DNA of 64,000 nucleotides from Poseidonia sp. (GTDB taxonomy: Archaea; Thermoplasmatota; Poseidoniia; Poseidoniales; Poseidoniaceae). Below are positions 11,201 through 19,200 of this stretch, piece after piece. The stretch lies in the NCBI GenBank assembly GCA_030827475.1, contig JAUREJ010000003.1, positions 6,648 through 70,647 on the forward strand, in the 5' to 3' direction. The notes below the pieces were generated by a model that had not been told where the DNA came from, did no database searches, and worked only from the letters and a program-made list of their open reading frames with translations. Numbering within the stretch: position 1 is the stretch's first letter; every line of letters starts with the position of its first letter. Position numbers and translations under genes: made by a program.

Positions 11201-14200
11201 CCTACATCAACGGTAGCCTCCGCTCCTATCCAGGGGTCACGGTCGAGGAATACGATGCATGGTTGGACGCAACGCTTGAGGAAGACAAGGTCAAGACCAC
11301 CGAACCTGCTTCAGCACTGACCGTGAACTTCGTATCAGGAACATTGGCATTCACAGCCGTGACCAACGTCTCGGGCGCCTTCTCCGTTCGCGTCCCCTCC
11401 GGATTGACCTACCACATGACGACCGAGAGCGTCATGGCGAACCGTGGGTACGGTGAATTGGTCGAAGTTGAATCCGGTGTTGATCTTGACCTCGGCCCTC
11501 TCTTCCTTGAACCTTCAACCGGTGTTTCGGGTGTCCTTTACCTCTACGACAACACCACTCGCTGGGATGCGACTCAACCGCTTTGGGAAGCGGTCGATGT
11601 GGTTGCCACCAACGAAGATGGATTGGAATGGCGAACAACTGTATCGGACACGGCGACGTTCTTCTTTGACCTTTTGGACGGGGATTGGGACTTGTCGGTT
11701 GACGACGAACGACTCAACGTCTCGGTGATCCAAGACGTCTCTGTCAACCATTCGCTCACGGAGACCCTTTCCACCATGGATTTGATCGCCAACCCAGAGG
11801 CCATTGAACTCACGTTCAACATCTACCTCGACGCCGGTGGAGATGGAATGCTTGAGAACGGAACGCTGGTCTCTCCAGATTTCCAACTGAAGCCCATTGA
11901 TGAAGACAAAGAAAGCCTGTACTTCACCGCCGATGATTACACCTCAAACGGGAATATCACCCTGGCCTTGACGCCAGGTGGGTATGACCTCGTGTTCAAT
12001 CGAACCACGGCCGAGTCCGAGAATGCATCCGACTTTGATTTGATTGGTGTCCAATTCTTCGACGCCATCGTCGTAGGACTTGATGCCATTGACGAACCCT
12101 TTGATGTTGCTCTGAAGAACACCTATCTCGTGAATGGAACGCTAACGAACAGCACCGGTGACGGAATTGCGAACGATTTCCTGCTCTACAACGAAGCTGA
12201 AGACCAATGGTTCAACATCGGTTCGGACGAGAACGGCAGCTTTGCCGCTTACGTTCCCGCAGGCGAATGGCTCGCCATCGTTGCGCCCTTCTCAAACGGG
12301 AACGAGACCGAAACCCTTCGCTCGCCAATCTCTGTGCAACACGATTCTGCACGGCTTGACCTTGCGCTGACCACTGAAGTCAGTGTTGAGGTGACCCTTC
12401 AGTTGATGGCATGGTTGACCAACGAGACCCTCGCCGACATGACGGTGACGGCTGTGAGTCAAGACGGCTACGGCAACATCACCTTTGACCGAACCGATGC
12501 AAACGGGAACGCAACCGAGATGATGATGCCGGGGACGTGGAGTCTCTACCTCAATCGGACCGTTGGCACACAATCTTGGTTCTTGGACACGAGTGACGCA
12601 CCGTTTACCACGGCTGACGCGGTCAACAACAGCCTTGTTCTTGGCCCCGTCTACGCAGAACTCGAAGTCGAAATCGGCGGGAAAGTGTACTGGGATCTTG
12701 ACAACAACAGCCTTCCAAGTTTGGGCGAAGGGATTTCTGAGTTCAACATCACGTTACAAGGCGTGAACCATTCGGATGTCAGCATTGACACGGTGACCGA
12801 CAGCGAAGGTGTTTGGCGTGCATTTGTTCCCATCAGAGACGTGTACAACGTGACGGTCGCCAAGGAAGGCTTCGAAACGGTCTACTACGCGACCGAAAAC
12901 GAATCTGGATATGCAGTGTACGACAGTCCGGACTCGCGTGACATCGAAGTCACGGCGGGTTCTGTTGATGTGTTCGGTTACGTGACCGACCAGTTGGATG
13001 CCCAACGCCTCATTGACGCTACCATCGTCCTTTACCCTGTTGCGGGCGTTGAACGTGACCCGGTCTCCTTGGACGGCACGATGAACGGTACAACCCTTGA
13101 ATGGTCGGCGAGCATTCAGCCCGGTGACTGGGTCGTTGTTGTTCGTGAAGCTGATCCCGGGCAGAACGGTGGCGGTGTAGCCATCGGCCTCTTGGAGGCC
13201 ACCGTATCCAACGGAGGTAACCTCTCCTTGGTCATGGCCCTTGGCGGTTATGTCGACCTCTCCACGGCTTGGGCAGATATTGAACAAAACGAACACCACG
13301 CCGGTGCAGACGGTGCTGGAGGAAGCATGATTCAAGATGATGTTGAACTCGAAGTGACCTTTGAGGAGATGAGCTGGATTCTATCCTTGCCATCTTCAGG
13401 CAAGTTCGAGAAACTCCTCTTCCCGGAAGGTACAATCGCCTTTGACAGTGAATTTACCACGGTCCAGCACGAGCGACAATTGGAAATGGAATACTTCGGT
13501 GGGCAGACCACTTCGGTGGCTGCGGATTCGTCCATCTCTGCAACCCTCAACTACAACCGACGGGTCAACTCCAACTTGGACGTGAACTTTGTTGAATCCT
13601 CAGTCGGAAGCTCGGCGACGGTGCTTGATGTTGAGGACGTTGAGCTCGAAGCGATTGTCTCGTCCGGCAACGCATCAATTTTCAACACCATCACGTTTGA
13701 CTACACGGTTGACTACAACGGTACAGAAATCGTCGATGTTTTCACCGTGAGCGGTGAATTGGGTCTCGCACAAGACTCCGAGGATTGGACCGTTCAAATC
13801 TGGAACAGCACCAGCTTAGCCTACGAAGACAGCGTTGAAATCGTGCTTGGAATCGGTGATAACGAAACTGAAGCCGCACTGACGACCACGGTTCGTGTCC
13901 AAGTGACCCTTCCCGATGTTGGCGATGCTTGGAGCCTTGAAAACGGGCACCGAGTCACCGTCCGCATGAAGACTGATCTGGGCGAATCAACCCAAGTCTC
14001 TGCGAAAATCTTCGTACCTCAGACCTACGCCTTCAGCATCTCCGATGCGACCGAAGAACTCGGCATGTCTGCGCTTGTTGAGCGCCGTTTCTCCTTTGAC
14101 ATCACCAACGACGGAAACGGACAAGACACGTTCACCATTGAACTCTTGGAAAGCGGTATTCTCGAAGGTTGGTCCATTACCCCAATGACCTCCACGCTGA

Positions 14201-14808
14201 CGTTGAGCAAGGGCGAGACCCGAACCCAACAGTTCACGGTGTTTGCTCCCGAATCTTTTTCCGAGGGTTCATTTGATTTGACCGTCTACGTCAACAGTCT
14301 TGACGAAACGGTCGCACAGCAGACGGTTGTTGTCAACGTGCAGGCTGCCGTGATCAAGTTGGTCGTCGACGAAGGGGCCATCGTGGTCAATTCCGACTCC
14401 AATGCGAACCAAGCCGGCAGCGTACGTGTGCCCGTGAGCAACAACGGCTTCTTGGACGCACCATCGGTTCTCGTCTATATTGAGCCTACATCGCCGGCGA
14501 GCCAACCAGAGCGCTCGGTGACCATCAACGTCCCCGCCGGGGAAACCGTTGAGGCGGTGTTCGATGACATGACCTTCACGCAGGGCAACCAGCGATTCAA
14601 CATCCGTGTTGAGGTTGCAGGTGCTGAAACAAGCAGCGTTGAATCCATCTCGTTGCCTGCCGGTGGGACCTTCTCCTTGGAGTACTACACCCAGAGTGAT
14701 ACCGAAGGCGAGTCCATTTGGACGACGCTTCTAATCATCGTTTTGCTTGTTCTCGTGGTCGTTGGCGGCGTGAAAGTCAGTCGTGGTGGCCGTAGAGGCA
14801 AGTTCTGA
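5233..14808 (+). CDS. aglB: giant (3191 aa) AglB/STT3-type oligosaccharyltransferase: multi-TM core with EL1 acidic motif (DPWYMKRVVDY, about nt 6445) and the WWDYG catalytic signature (nt 8083..8097, aa 951-955). Preceded by about 350 aa of extra TM helices and followed by about 2200 aa of acidic beta-rich extracellular sequence that ends in a C-terminal TM helix (LLIIVLLVLVVVGG + RGGRRGKF)
   Basis: Uninterrupted ORF. WWDYG is diagnostic of STT3/AglB/PglB. Many hydrophobic helices lie before it, and the DxxK motif TVDKYLN follows it. Confidence 0.8.
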   Translation: MEEHTETTANQPGAIMGLLLAPLAVLLALATTRVVGIEYDLTLNNMMPMLVVAIASMLALVPRIVQDARPEFASSTLSLGVLAIAFFGAEVLHSFLGVDALAALMFAVLVVLGSNFDRRGRHEWVAMMTFSGVGFWLALAAAGDALAALPSTYTMESGQLVSTMNLERQATAYVFFAYWTMFTVVGVLAGVLARGTVNPAGAEGWFAFLGQHDGFNRANLPLVIALVVWVLAFVGSLFHFNSVDTIDQLAITTEAGYHGYIGYWTAFLTGLVALIVAGMCAERWYTRAMLVGSMWGLYQVAAWFEAGIWYNEDMDGTWGALIWLGITFFLGVGIYSIGNHEKYGGWANLGEHEPSQARLFLRAHGAGLMIALAFLVGLAIRIQWYAVPSMNAFGTGNWDMTGGSDPWYMKRVVDYILANNAHLVFDADRFYPIGGINPRPPLFSWTMAIGAMFLEPFLNTPEDAVWWSMLALPAVYGALTVFPIAIIAKDHFGKGAGVIAAWLIAFMPAHVTHSTWALADHDSFVMLFISVGFLYWLRAVKYAGSARITKVTTAHPKSFFQAYLDVLAHRQAAVANAVLAGVAFGIVSLGWKGFVVGPSILFLAYALQVALNMFRRRDSTTLSALFLTMLLTTFLMALPFYGHPEFDLILNPTGLQPFLFISGFTLAIAFVTTGFRDKPWLLVLGTLVGLAAVFFILLYILKTLELSNAWDVLFTGSGYFTKTKIFGTVAEANAPNRAQLFASFGPITFLLALIIGGGLLWKGLRYRKGTELVFGVWVFAATFMAWNAARFMFNATPVMAVLGAAGIVALWQWANWSGLVRSWKKFGIRTPADRITGARKAVWRTPQFSAIFLVMIMIFSQQATYGLDSAIPGTSNQEGEIDERIYNVVPDILRFDALGFSVLDSSNYDGRWYLGSFGSSFNDNGWNAAYEWLANQDTDMKYSEKPAFVSWWDYGFQAMSTGEHPSVSDNFQSGIPATGNMLLARNQDDLTAMFIWQLAEGDRTYATTDNSNHKFTPTFQNTVDKYLNDAQMEDFVTMQTTFDETMIDFIELRSFSVVKANRNIVMAEGHPSTAGVFDADTTIYRIYKDGVPLPCTEEFSSSCLGDAWSSMSEANITFTNNIRTPDETVNGRTHSIFGDYWYTADLIDEYLSVSTNIHRTNARLAMMTQLLTEAFDAHPTATIHDLYNDLIGLEGLYRVQDYEGKPGETISRDHEIRYFAIDDRLYPRAGRYTADSNYNRGQPMGIFGAPTILSGQDIGTYMDEVYETVRGDFQDEMTREEVDEAMQKDFLNQQAGADIDPLQIQDVRVDHNPAFFDTMVARTYVGYGASTLGINTAASNPQPAQHFGQSGSPGSVLANSLPLPGAMMNHFVISNWYSEDETVSIQSTNTLVKILKYYPGAELTGQVTMTDNGEGLPGVRILIERDAFSGEGSSDNDEDTYWIPIGFVDADDDGKYSFLAPAGRLRVTAFAGDYDPSEARDNLRDGSYAERLSDILTDTNDDRQINEITAILGQVANMSWLGEAQLNVTADQANRVVPMDRTLDVSIESSGVSGTVTWSGDEAFNGDPIAETTFILRNIWSMTDNYTVVTTSGSFTSEESRILQGTGEATLTEDGSFDSEGIALAKNFIGDFTRDIGNERSFFANGTWNGNGLLEASWVGVENITACEADNTSNAVMPANETICVVDATTTPPTYRLEGTVDAQGTFTSEGTSTLTRTYGDADAGQGETIEGAGLFEGTGTFNGTGLFIGVGTFSGPMVEPGSFYKTGLLPGTYNMIAQLANGKEVLLPDPVEIGVVPSFDLRMNMPGAIFTDILSNMVGDGLANTTIELIDRDLGEDAAVYIVTDELGNFSYGPVAKGDYYYRVDVDGDGYYDLNESVMVLDDTTNISLAMGVPDTVDVTMTLISPVDPLTQEPLFDVSNRTITFENTEGILQPMNVTSDENGELSIELLYGVWDVRDDANPDFVLFDQVDLSPGTENIVKDVTYAQAAYINGSLRSYPGVTVEEYDAWLDATLEEDKVKTTEPASALTVNFVSGTLAFTAVTNVSGAFSVRVPSGLTYHMTTESVMANRGYGELVEVESGVDLDLGPLFLEPSTGVSGVLYLYDNTTRWDATQPLWEAVDVVATNEDGLEWRTTVSDTATFFFDLLDGDWDLSVDDERLNVSVIQDVSVNHSLTETLSTMDLIANPEAIELTFNIYLDAGGDGMLENGTLVSPDFQLKPIDEDKESLYFTADDYTSNGNITLALTPGGYDLVFNRTTAESENASDFDLIGVQFFDAIVVGLDAIDEPFDVALKNTYLVNGTLTNSTGDGIANDFLLYNEAEDQWFNIGSDENGSFAAYVPAGEWLAIVAPFSNGNETETLRSPISVQHDSARLDLALTTEVSVEVTLQLMAWLTNETLADMTVTAVSQDGYGNITFDRTDANGNATEMMMPGTWSLYLNRTVGTQSWFLDTSDAPFTTADAVNNSLVLGPVYAELEVEIGGKVYWDLDNNSLPSLGEGISEFNITLQGVNHSDVSIDTVTDSEGVWRAFVPIRDVYNVTVAKEGFETVYYATENESGYAVYDSPDSRDIEVTAGSVDVFGYVTDQLDAQRLIDATIVLYPVAGVERDPVSLDGTMNGTTLEWSASIQPGDWVVVVREADPGQNGGGVAIGLLEATVSNGGNLSLVMALGGYVDLSTAWADIEQNEHHAGADGAGGSMIQDDVELEVTFEEMSWILSLPSSGKFEKLLFPEGTIAFDSEFTTVQHERQLEMEYFGGQTTSVAADSSISATLNYNRRVNSNLDVNFVESSVGSSATVLDVEDVELEAIVSSGNASIFNTITFDYTVDYNGTEIVDVFTVSGELGLAQDSEDWTVQIWNSTSLAYEDSVEIVLGIGDNETEAALTTTVRVQVTLPDVGDAWSLENGHRVTVRMKTDLGESTQVSAKIFVPQTYAFSISDATEELGMSALVERRFSFDITNDGNGQDTFTIELLESGILEGWSITPMTSTLTLSKGETRTQQFTVFAPESFSEGSFDLTVYVNSLDETVAQQTVVVNVQAAVIKLVVDEGAIVVNSDSNANQAGSVRVPVSNNGFLDAPSVLVYIEPTSPASQPERSVTINVPAGETVEAVFDDMTFTQGNQRFNIRVEVAGAETSSVESISLPAGGTFSLEYYTQSDTEGESIWTTLLIIVLLVLVVVGGVKVSRGGRRGKF

Positions 14809-14861
14809 TTTGGCCCGTTCAAAGAACAAGCATTCTTGTGCTCGTTCAGTGGGGCTGAGGC

Positions 14862-16073
14862 ATGGAGGGTCTGCGGGACGTCGAGTACCTGCCTGAACCC
14901 AGCGACAGGAGCATTGTTTCCGCTGTCGACCCGACCGTTATCGGCTTTCAGGACGAATGGCGCTCAGAGATCATGGGCTGGGCACCCTTCCCGGTCGAAC
15001 CCGTGGTGCGGACCCGACGACGACAACGTTCCTTGGGTGGGTTGGTGGTGTTCGCTCTGCTCGTTTCTGCAAGCCTCGTGCTTTGGCAGAATCAATGGGT
15101 TGTAGTTGAACTTCCGCTCCCAAATTCCGAATGGGCCTTCGCTGATTCTGGGATTCGCTCTCTCCAAGAATCAGGGTTGACGGGCGAGGATGTTCGCGTC
15201 TGCATGGTGGACACGGGGATCGACCTGTCGCATCAGGCGTTCTTTGGAAAAGAAATCGTCTTCAAGGACTTCATTGGCGGTTCAACAACACCGGTTGACT
15301 ACGGTGCGGTCGCGCACGGCACGCTAATGGCGGGTTTGATGATCGCCACCGGCCATCAGACCGGTTCAGCACCAAACGTGACGTTTGCCATGGCGGCCGC
15401 TCTTCAAGACAACGGTGAAGGAGAAAACACCGGCTTTGACAGCGATGTGGCAGATGCCATCCGCTGGTGCCAGTTTGATTTTGAAGCGGACATCATCTCC
15501 TTGTCTTTGGGAGGGACTGAGCGGGCACAAAACGCTGATGAAGGCTCTTCTGCGGCTGCAACGCGACAAGCTACGGACGCCGGGGTCTATGTGGTCGCTG
15601 CTGCGGGCAACGACGGACTGTCAGATGACGGGGACGTCGCCTCACCTGGCAGTGTGCGTCTTGCGATTTCAGTGGGGGCGACAACACAATCCGGTTTACT
15701 TTGGGAAAACTCTTCTGCCGGGGCACGGGAAGACGCCGAAGCCAACCCCCGCGCATCGCCTCACGAAAAACCCGAAATCGTCGCACCCGGTCATCGCATC
15801 ATCAGTACAGGTGAAAGTGACCTCTGGTATTCAAGCAGCGGAACCTCTGACTCCACCGTTTTCGTTGCCGGTGCTTTGGCGCTTATCCTCGAGGCTCAAC
15901 CCAACCTCAAGCCGTCCGTATCCCAGGACGCGTCGTGCATTGAGCGGGTGAAACTCGCTTTGGCTCAATCCGCACAACCGTTGTCAAACGAAAGGCACGA
16001 TGCCCGGGGAGGGTACGGCTTCCTCGATGCGGCTGGATGGTTGGCTCAAATCGGTGCTGTTTCGGAGTGCTGA
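14862..16073 (+). CDS. subtilisin-like serine protease (peptidase S8) with N-terminal signal-anchor/Tat-like RRRQRSL + hydrophobic segment and no recognisable I9 propeptide
   Basis: Catalytic triad contexts VCMVDTGID (Asp), HGTLMAGL (His), SGTSDSTVFVAGA (Ser); alternative start at 14973 (MGWAPF). Confidence 0.85.
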   Translation: MEGLRDVEYLPEPSDRSIVSAVDPTVIGFQDEWRSEIMGWAPFPVEPVVRTRRRQRSLGGLVVFALLVSASLVLWQNQWVVVELPLPNSEWAFADSGIRSLQESGLTGEDVRVCMVDTGIDLSHQAFFGKEIVFKDFIGGSTTPVDYGAVAHGTLMAGLMIATGHQTGSAPNVTFAMAAALQDNGEGENTGFDSDVADAIRWCQFDFEADIISLSLGGTERAQNADEGSSAAATRQATDAGVYVVAAAGNDGLSDDGDVASPGSVRLAISVGATTQSGLLWENSSAGAREDAEANPRASPHEKPEIVAPGHRIISTGESDLWYSSSGTSDSTVFVAGALALILEAQPNLKPSVSQDASCIERVKLALAQSAQPLSNERHDARGGYGFLDAAGWLAQIGAVSEC

Positions 16074-16107
16074 GGGCTCTTTTCACCCCAAAATCGGCCA
16101 CCGAAGG

Positions 16108-16122
16108 GTTCCGTTTTTGTTC
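16108..16122 (+). terminator. oligo-T tract (CCGTTTTTGTTCACC) about 35 nt downstream of the S8 protease stop; candidate archaeal terminator
   Basis: T5 run after the stop. Confidence 0.35.
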
Positions 16123-16230
16123 ACCGTTCTCCGCTTTAGAGTCATTTTACGGAAGTATATTCCCTGAAAAGGGTAAATGAAATGATATTCTTACGTCATT
16201 ATGATACGGTAAGAGCGGCGATTGAGGCGC

Positions 16231-16243
16231 AGTATTATATTCG
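16231..16243 (+). promoter_or_regulatory. TATA-box-like element (AGTATTATATTCG) in an AT-rich island (16120..16260) about 35-45 nt upstream of the giant beta-helix protein start
   Basis: Strong local AT bias in an otherwise 58% GC sequence. Confidence 0.4.
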
Positions 16244-16275
16244 TGGCGTTCATGGAGGGATTAGGTGCATCTGTC

Positions 16276-19200
16276 ATGTCACGCCGAAAGCAAGCAAAAT
16301 CTCTGTCGCTCGTCCTTCTCTACATGGTCTCCATCATGGTGGGGATGGTCAGCCTTCCAACGGTGATGGCCAACAACGAAACAACCCAAGGCACCGTCAC
16401 CGGTGTCGAAACATGGTCTGGAACCATGAACCTTCAAGGAGATGTTGAGGTCGCTGAAGGTGCGAAACTCATCATCAATGCCGGGACCACCGTGAACATT
16501 CCCTTCGGGAAGTTCATTGACGTCAAAGGTGCCATTTGTGTTGGTGATTCCGCCTGCGGCGCCAGTGCAGGTTCAGCATCCTCCAAGGCACGCTTCATGT
16601 GGTCTCTCCCCACCGATTACACCAAGATTGGTCGTTGTTATGTCAACGGATCGAGCACCTTCACCAACGGGGACGCAGCCTGTGGGTCCGGTTTGGTGAT
16701 TCGTGACACGATTGACCAGTCCATCACTTCCATCAACTTCGCTCACTTTGAGAACGCTTACGGCTACCCCATCTACGTGCAAACGCTCCAGGCCGTTCAG
16801 TACGGTGCATTGGTGTTTGATGGCTCAAGCACCACGGCACGTGGACTCTCGTTTACCGACATCAACACCTCAAACGTTATTGCGATTGATTTCGCATCCC
16901 CAACCATCTCCGAGTCCACGTTTGAACTCGGCGTTGACGGTCGAGGGTACGATGCCGCTGCTGTCCGCGCCTACGGCGCAGGTGCCGGTATTCTCGCCAC
17001 GTTTGAAGTCAAGGATTCCAGTTTTACAGGCAACGATGCTGACTGTGGCCAGCAGGGCGGAGGTCGTGCCGTCCTCTTCATCGAAGATTCGTACATTGAC
17101 ATGGACAACCTCGACATCTCACAAAACTCCTATGGCGTTTTGATGAAGTCAAGCTCCGGCTCGCTCACAAATTCTGTGATTGATGTCAAGTGCAACGCAA
17201 TCGACACGAACTCGTTGAAGACAACGGGTACGATCGACCACACCCTCACCATCACCAACAACGTCATCACCACGGCCGAAGGTGCTGGTTTGACGGCCTA
17301 CGACGGTGCCAAAGTGTACGCTGAGCGGAACACCATCTCGGGGGCTTCGGAAGGTTCTGGTGTCGGTATTCGTTCCTCGGTCGTGGAACTCCACAACAAC
17401 ATCATCGGCCCCGTTGGTGGCTGGAACGGCTTGTGGATTTACGGGACCTCTGATGTGGTCGCCGAAAACAACACCATTCAGGACACGGGTAAAGAGCCCG
17501 TCCTCATCGGTGAGTACCACTATCAGGATTCAGGCTGGCAGGTGCCTGCACCAAGTGCTGCCCGTCTCTACCTCGCGAACAACGTGATCTCAAACAACTC
17601 CGGGACGTGCAACTCTCAGATGTACGGCGGTGACTTCCCTTGCCCTGCCGTGCACGTGTTCCGTTCATCAGCCAGCATTCTTGACAACACCATCTCCGGA
17701 AACAACGGTGACATCATCCGTGCCAAGGGTTCGCTTGTGAACGTCCAGCGCAACACCGCTGACAGCCAAGGTGGATTTGCGGGCAACATCAGCCTTCACG
17801 ATGACAATTACGGAAACAAGTACGGTTCTGTTGCTTATTTCTCTGGCAACACCTGGACCGGCGTTTCCCAAGTGTACAACATCACTGAATCCCGCGTGAC
17901 CGTTCAGTCTGAACAAATTCCATCGCCGGGCTTCAACGAATCTTACCCTGTCAACATTCGTTGGCTCGGTGCCGAGTGCCCATATGTTCAGGACGAGTGC
18001 TTGAAACTGCCCGACACCGTTGCTCTCCCCCCCGCACAGATGCCTTTGGCTCTCGAACTCGTAGAAAACGCAACGGTGTTCTCTTTCGCTGACCTGCAAA
18101 ACTTTGATTCATCGATGATCCATGTTCAAAACCAAAACACTGCTTGGGGCTCCCAAGTCCGGGAAGGTGAACTTGTCCAGTACCAGGTTAAAGCCAAGAA
18201 CTCCAACGTTGCAGGTGCAACGGTCGTCATCAAGGACGCAACGGGTCTGCCACTTTACGAATTGACAACCGACGCTCTCGGTTACACACAAGAGGTGTCT
18301 CTCCCCTCCGACTTCCTTCTGGACCGAAACTGGAATCACATCGTGGGTGATAAGAACGCTGCAATCCCCGGAACGAACGACGGAACGGGACAACCCATCG
18401 TCGTTGACGAGGATTCTTGCGCCGACGGCATTGACAACGACGGCGATACTTACGTTGACGATTTTGACGTTTCCTCCGGTGCAGGTGACACCTCAAACTG
18501 CGAGAGCGGCAACCGTGAGATGCCGTTTTACACGGTTGAAGCCTTCAAGTTTGGAAGCGGTACCAAAGAACTCTCCTACGTGTTGAGCGGTCCGGTGAAC
18601 GACGTCATCAACCTTGACAACCTCCGTCCTGGGGTGACGGTGAATCAGCAAGACGGCACGTCGTTTGCGACGACCGTTCGTCTGACAGGCCAAGCCTGGG
18701 ACGGTGCGAAATGGCCATACGCCAACGACAACACCGCCGTTCAATCGCAATTTGGAAAGATTCAGCGCGTTGAGATTCAGCCGCCGGGTTCAACCGACTG
18801 GTACACTGCCTCCGATACTTCCGGCTCGGGCGGCGAAATCACGATGGCAAACCACCCGTTCAAGGACTGGGTTTTCGACTGGGACATGTCTGCTCACCCT
18901 GAGGGCGAGGGCGACGTGACGTTCCGCATCCGGTCCTTCGATGGCTTGGATTATTCACCGGTCGAGGTCCGTCAGTACAAGCTCAACTTGGTCGCTCCCA
19001 CGATTTTGGTGGATGTTCCGACCACGGGAAGCACCTTCAACAACGGCAAAGTGCTTTTCCAAGGTACGGCATCTGACCCTTACCAGGGCACCTACGGCAG
19101 CGACGTGAAACAAATCTGGTTCCATATTTCCGGCGAGGGTGGATTCGAGCAGCAATTCTTCCAGGCTGGGTCGACGAGTTGGTCCTATGAATGGGACGTT

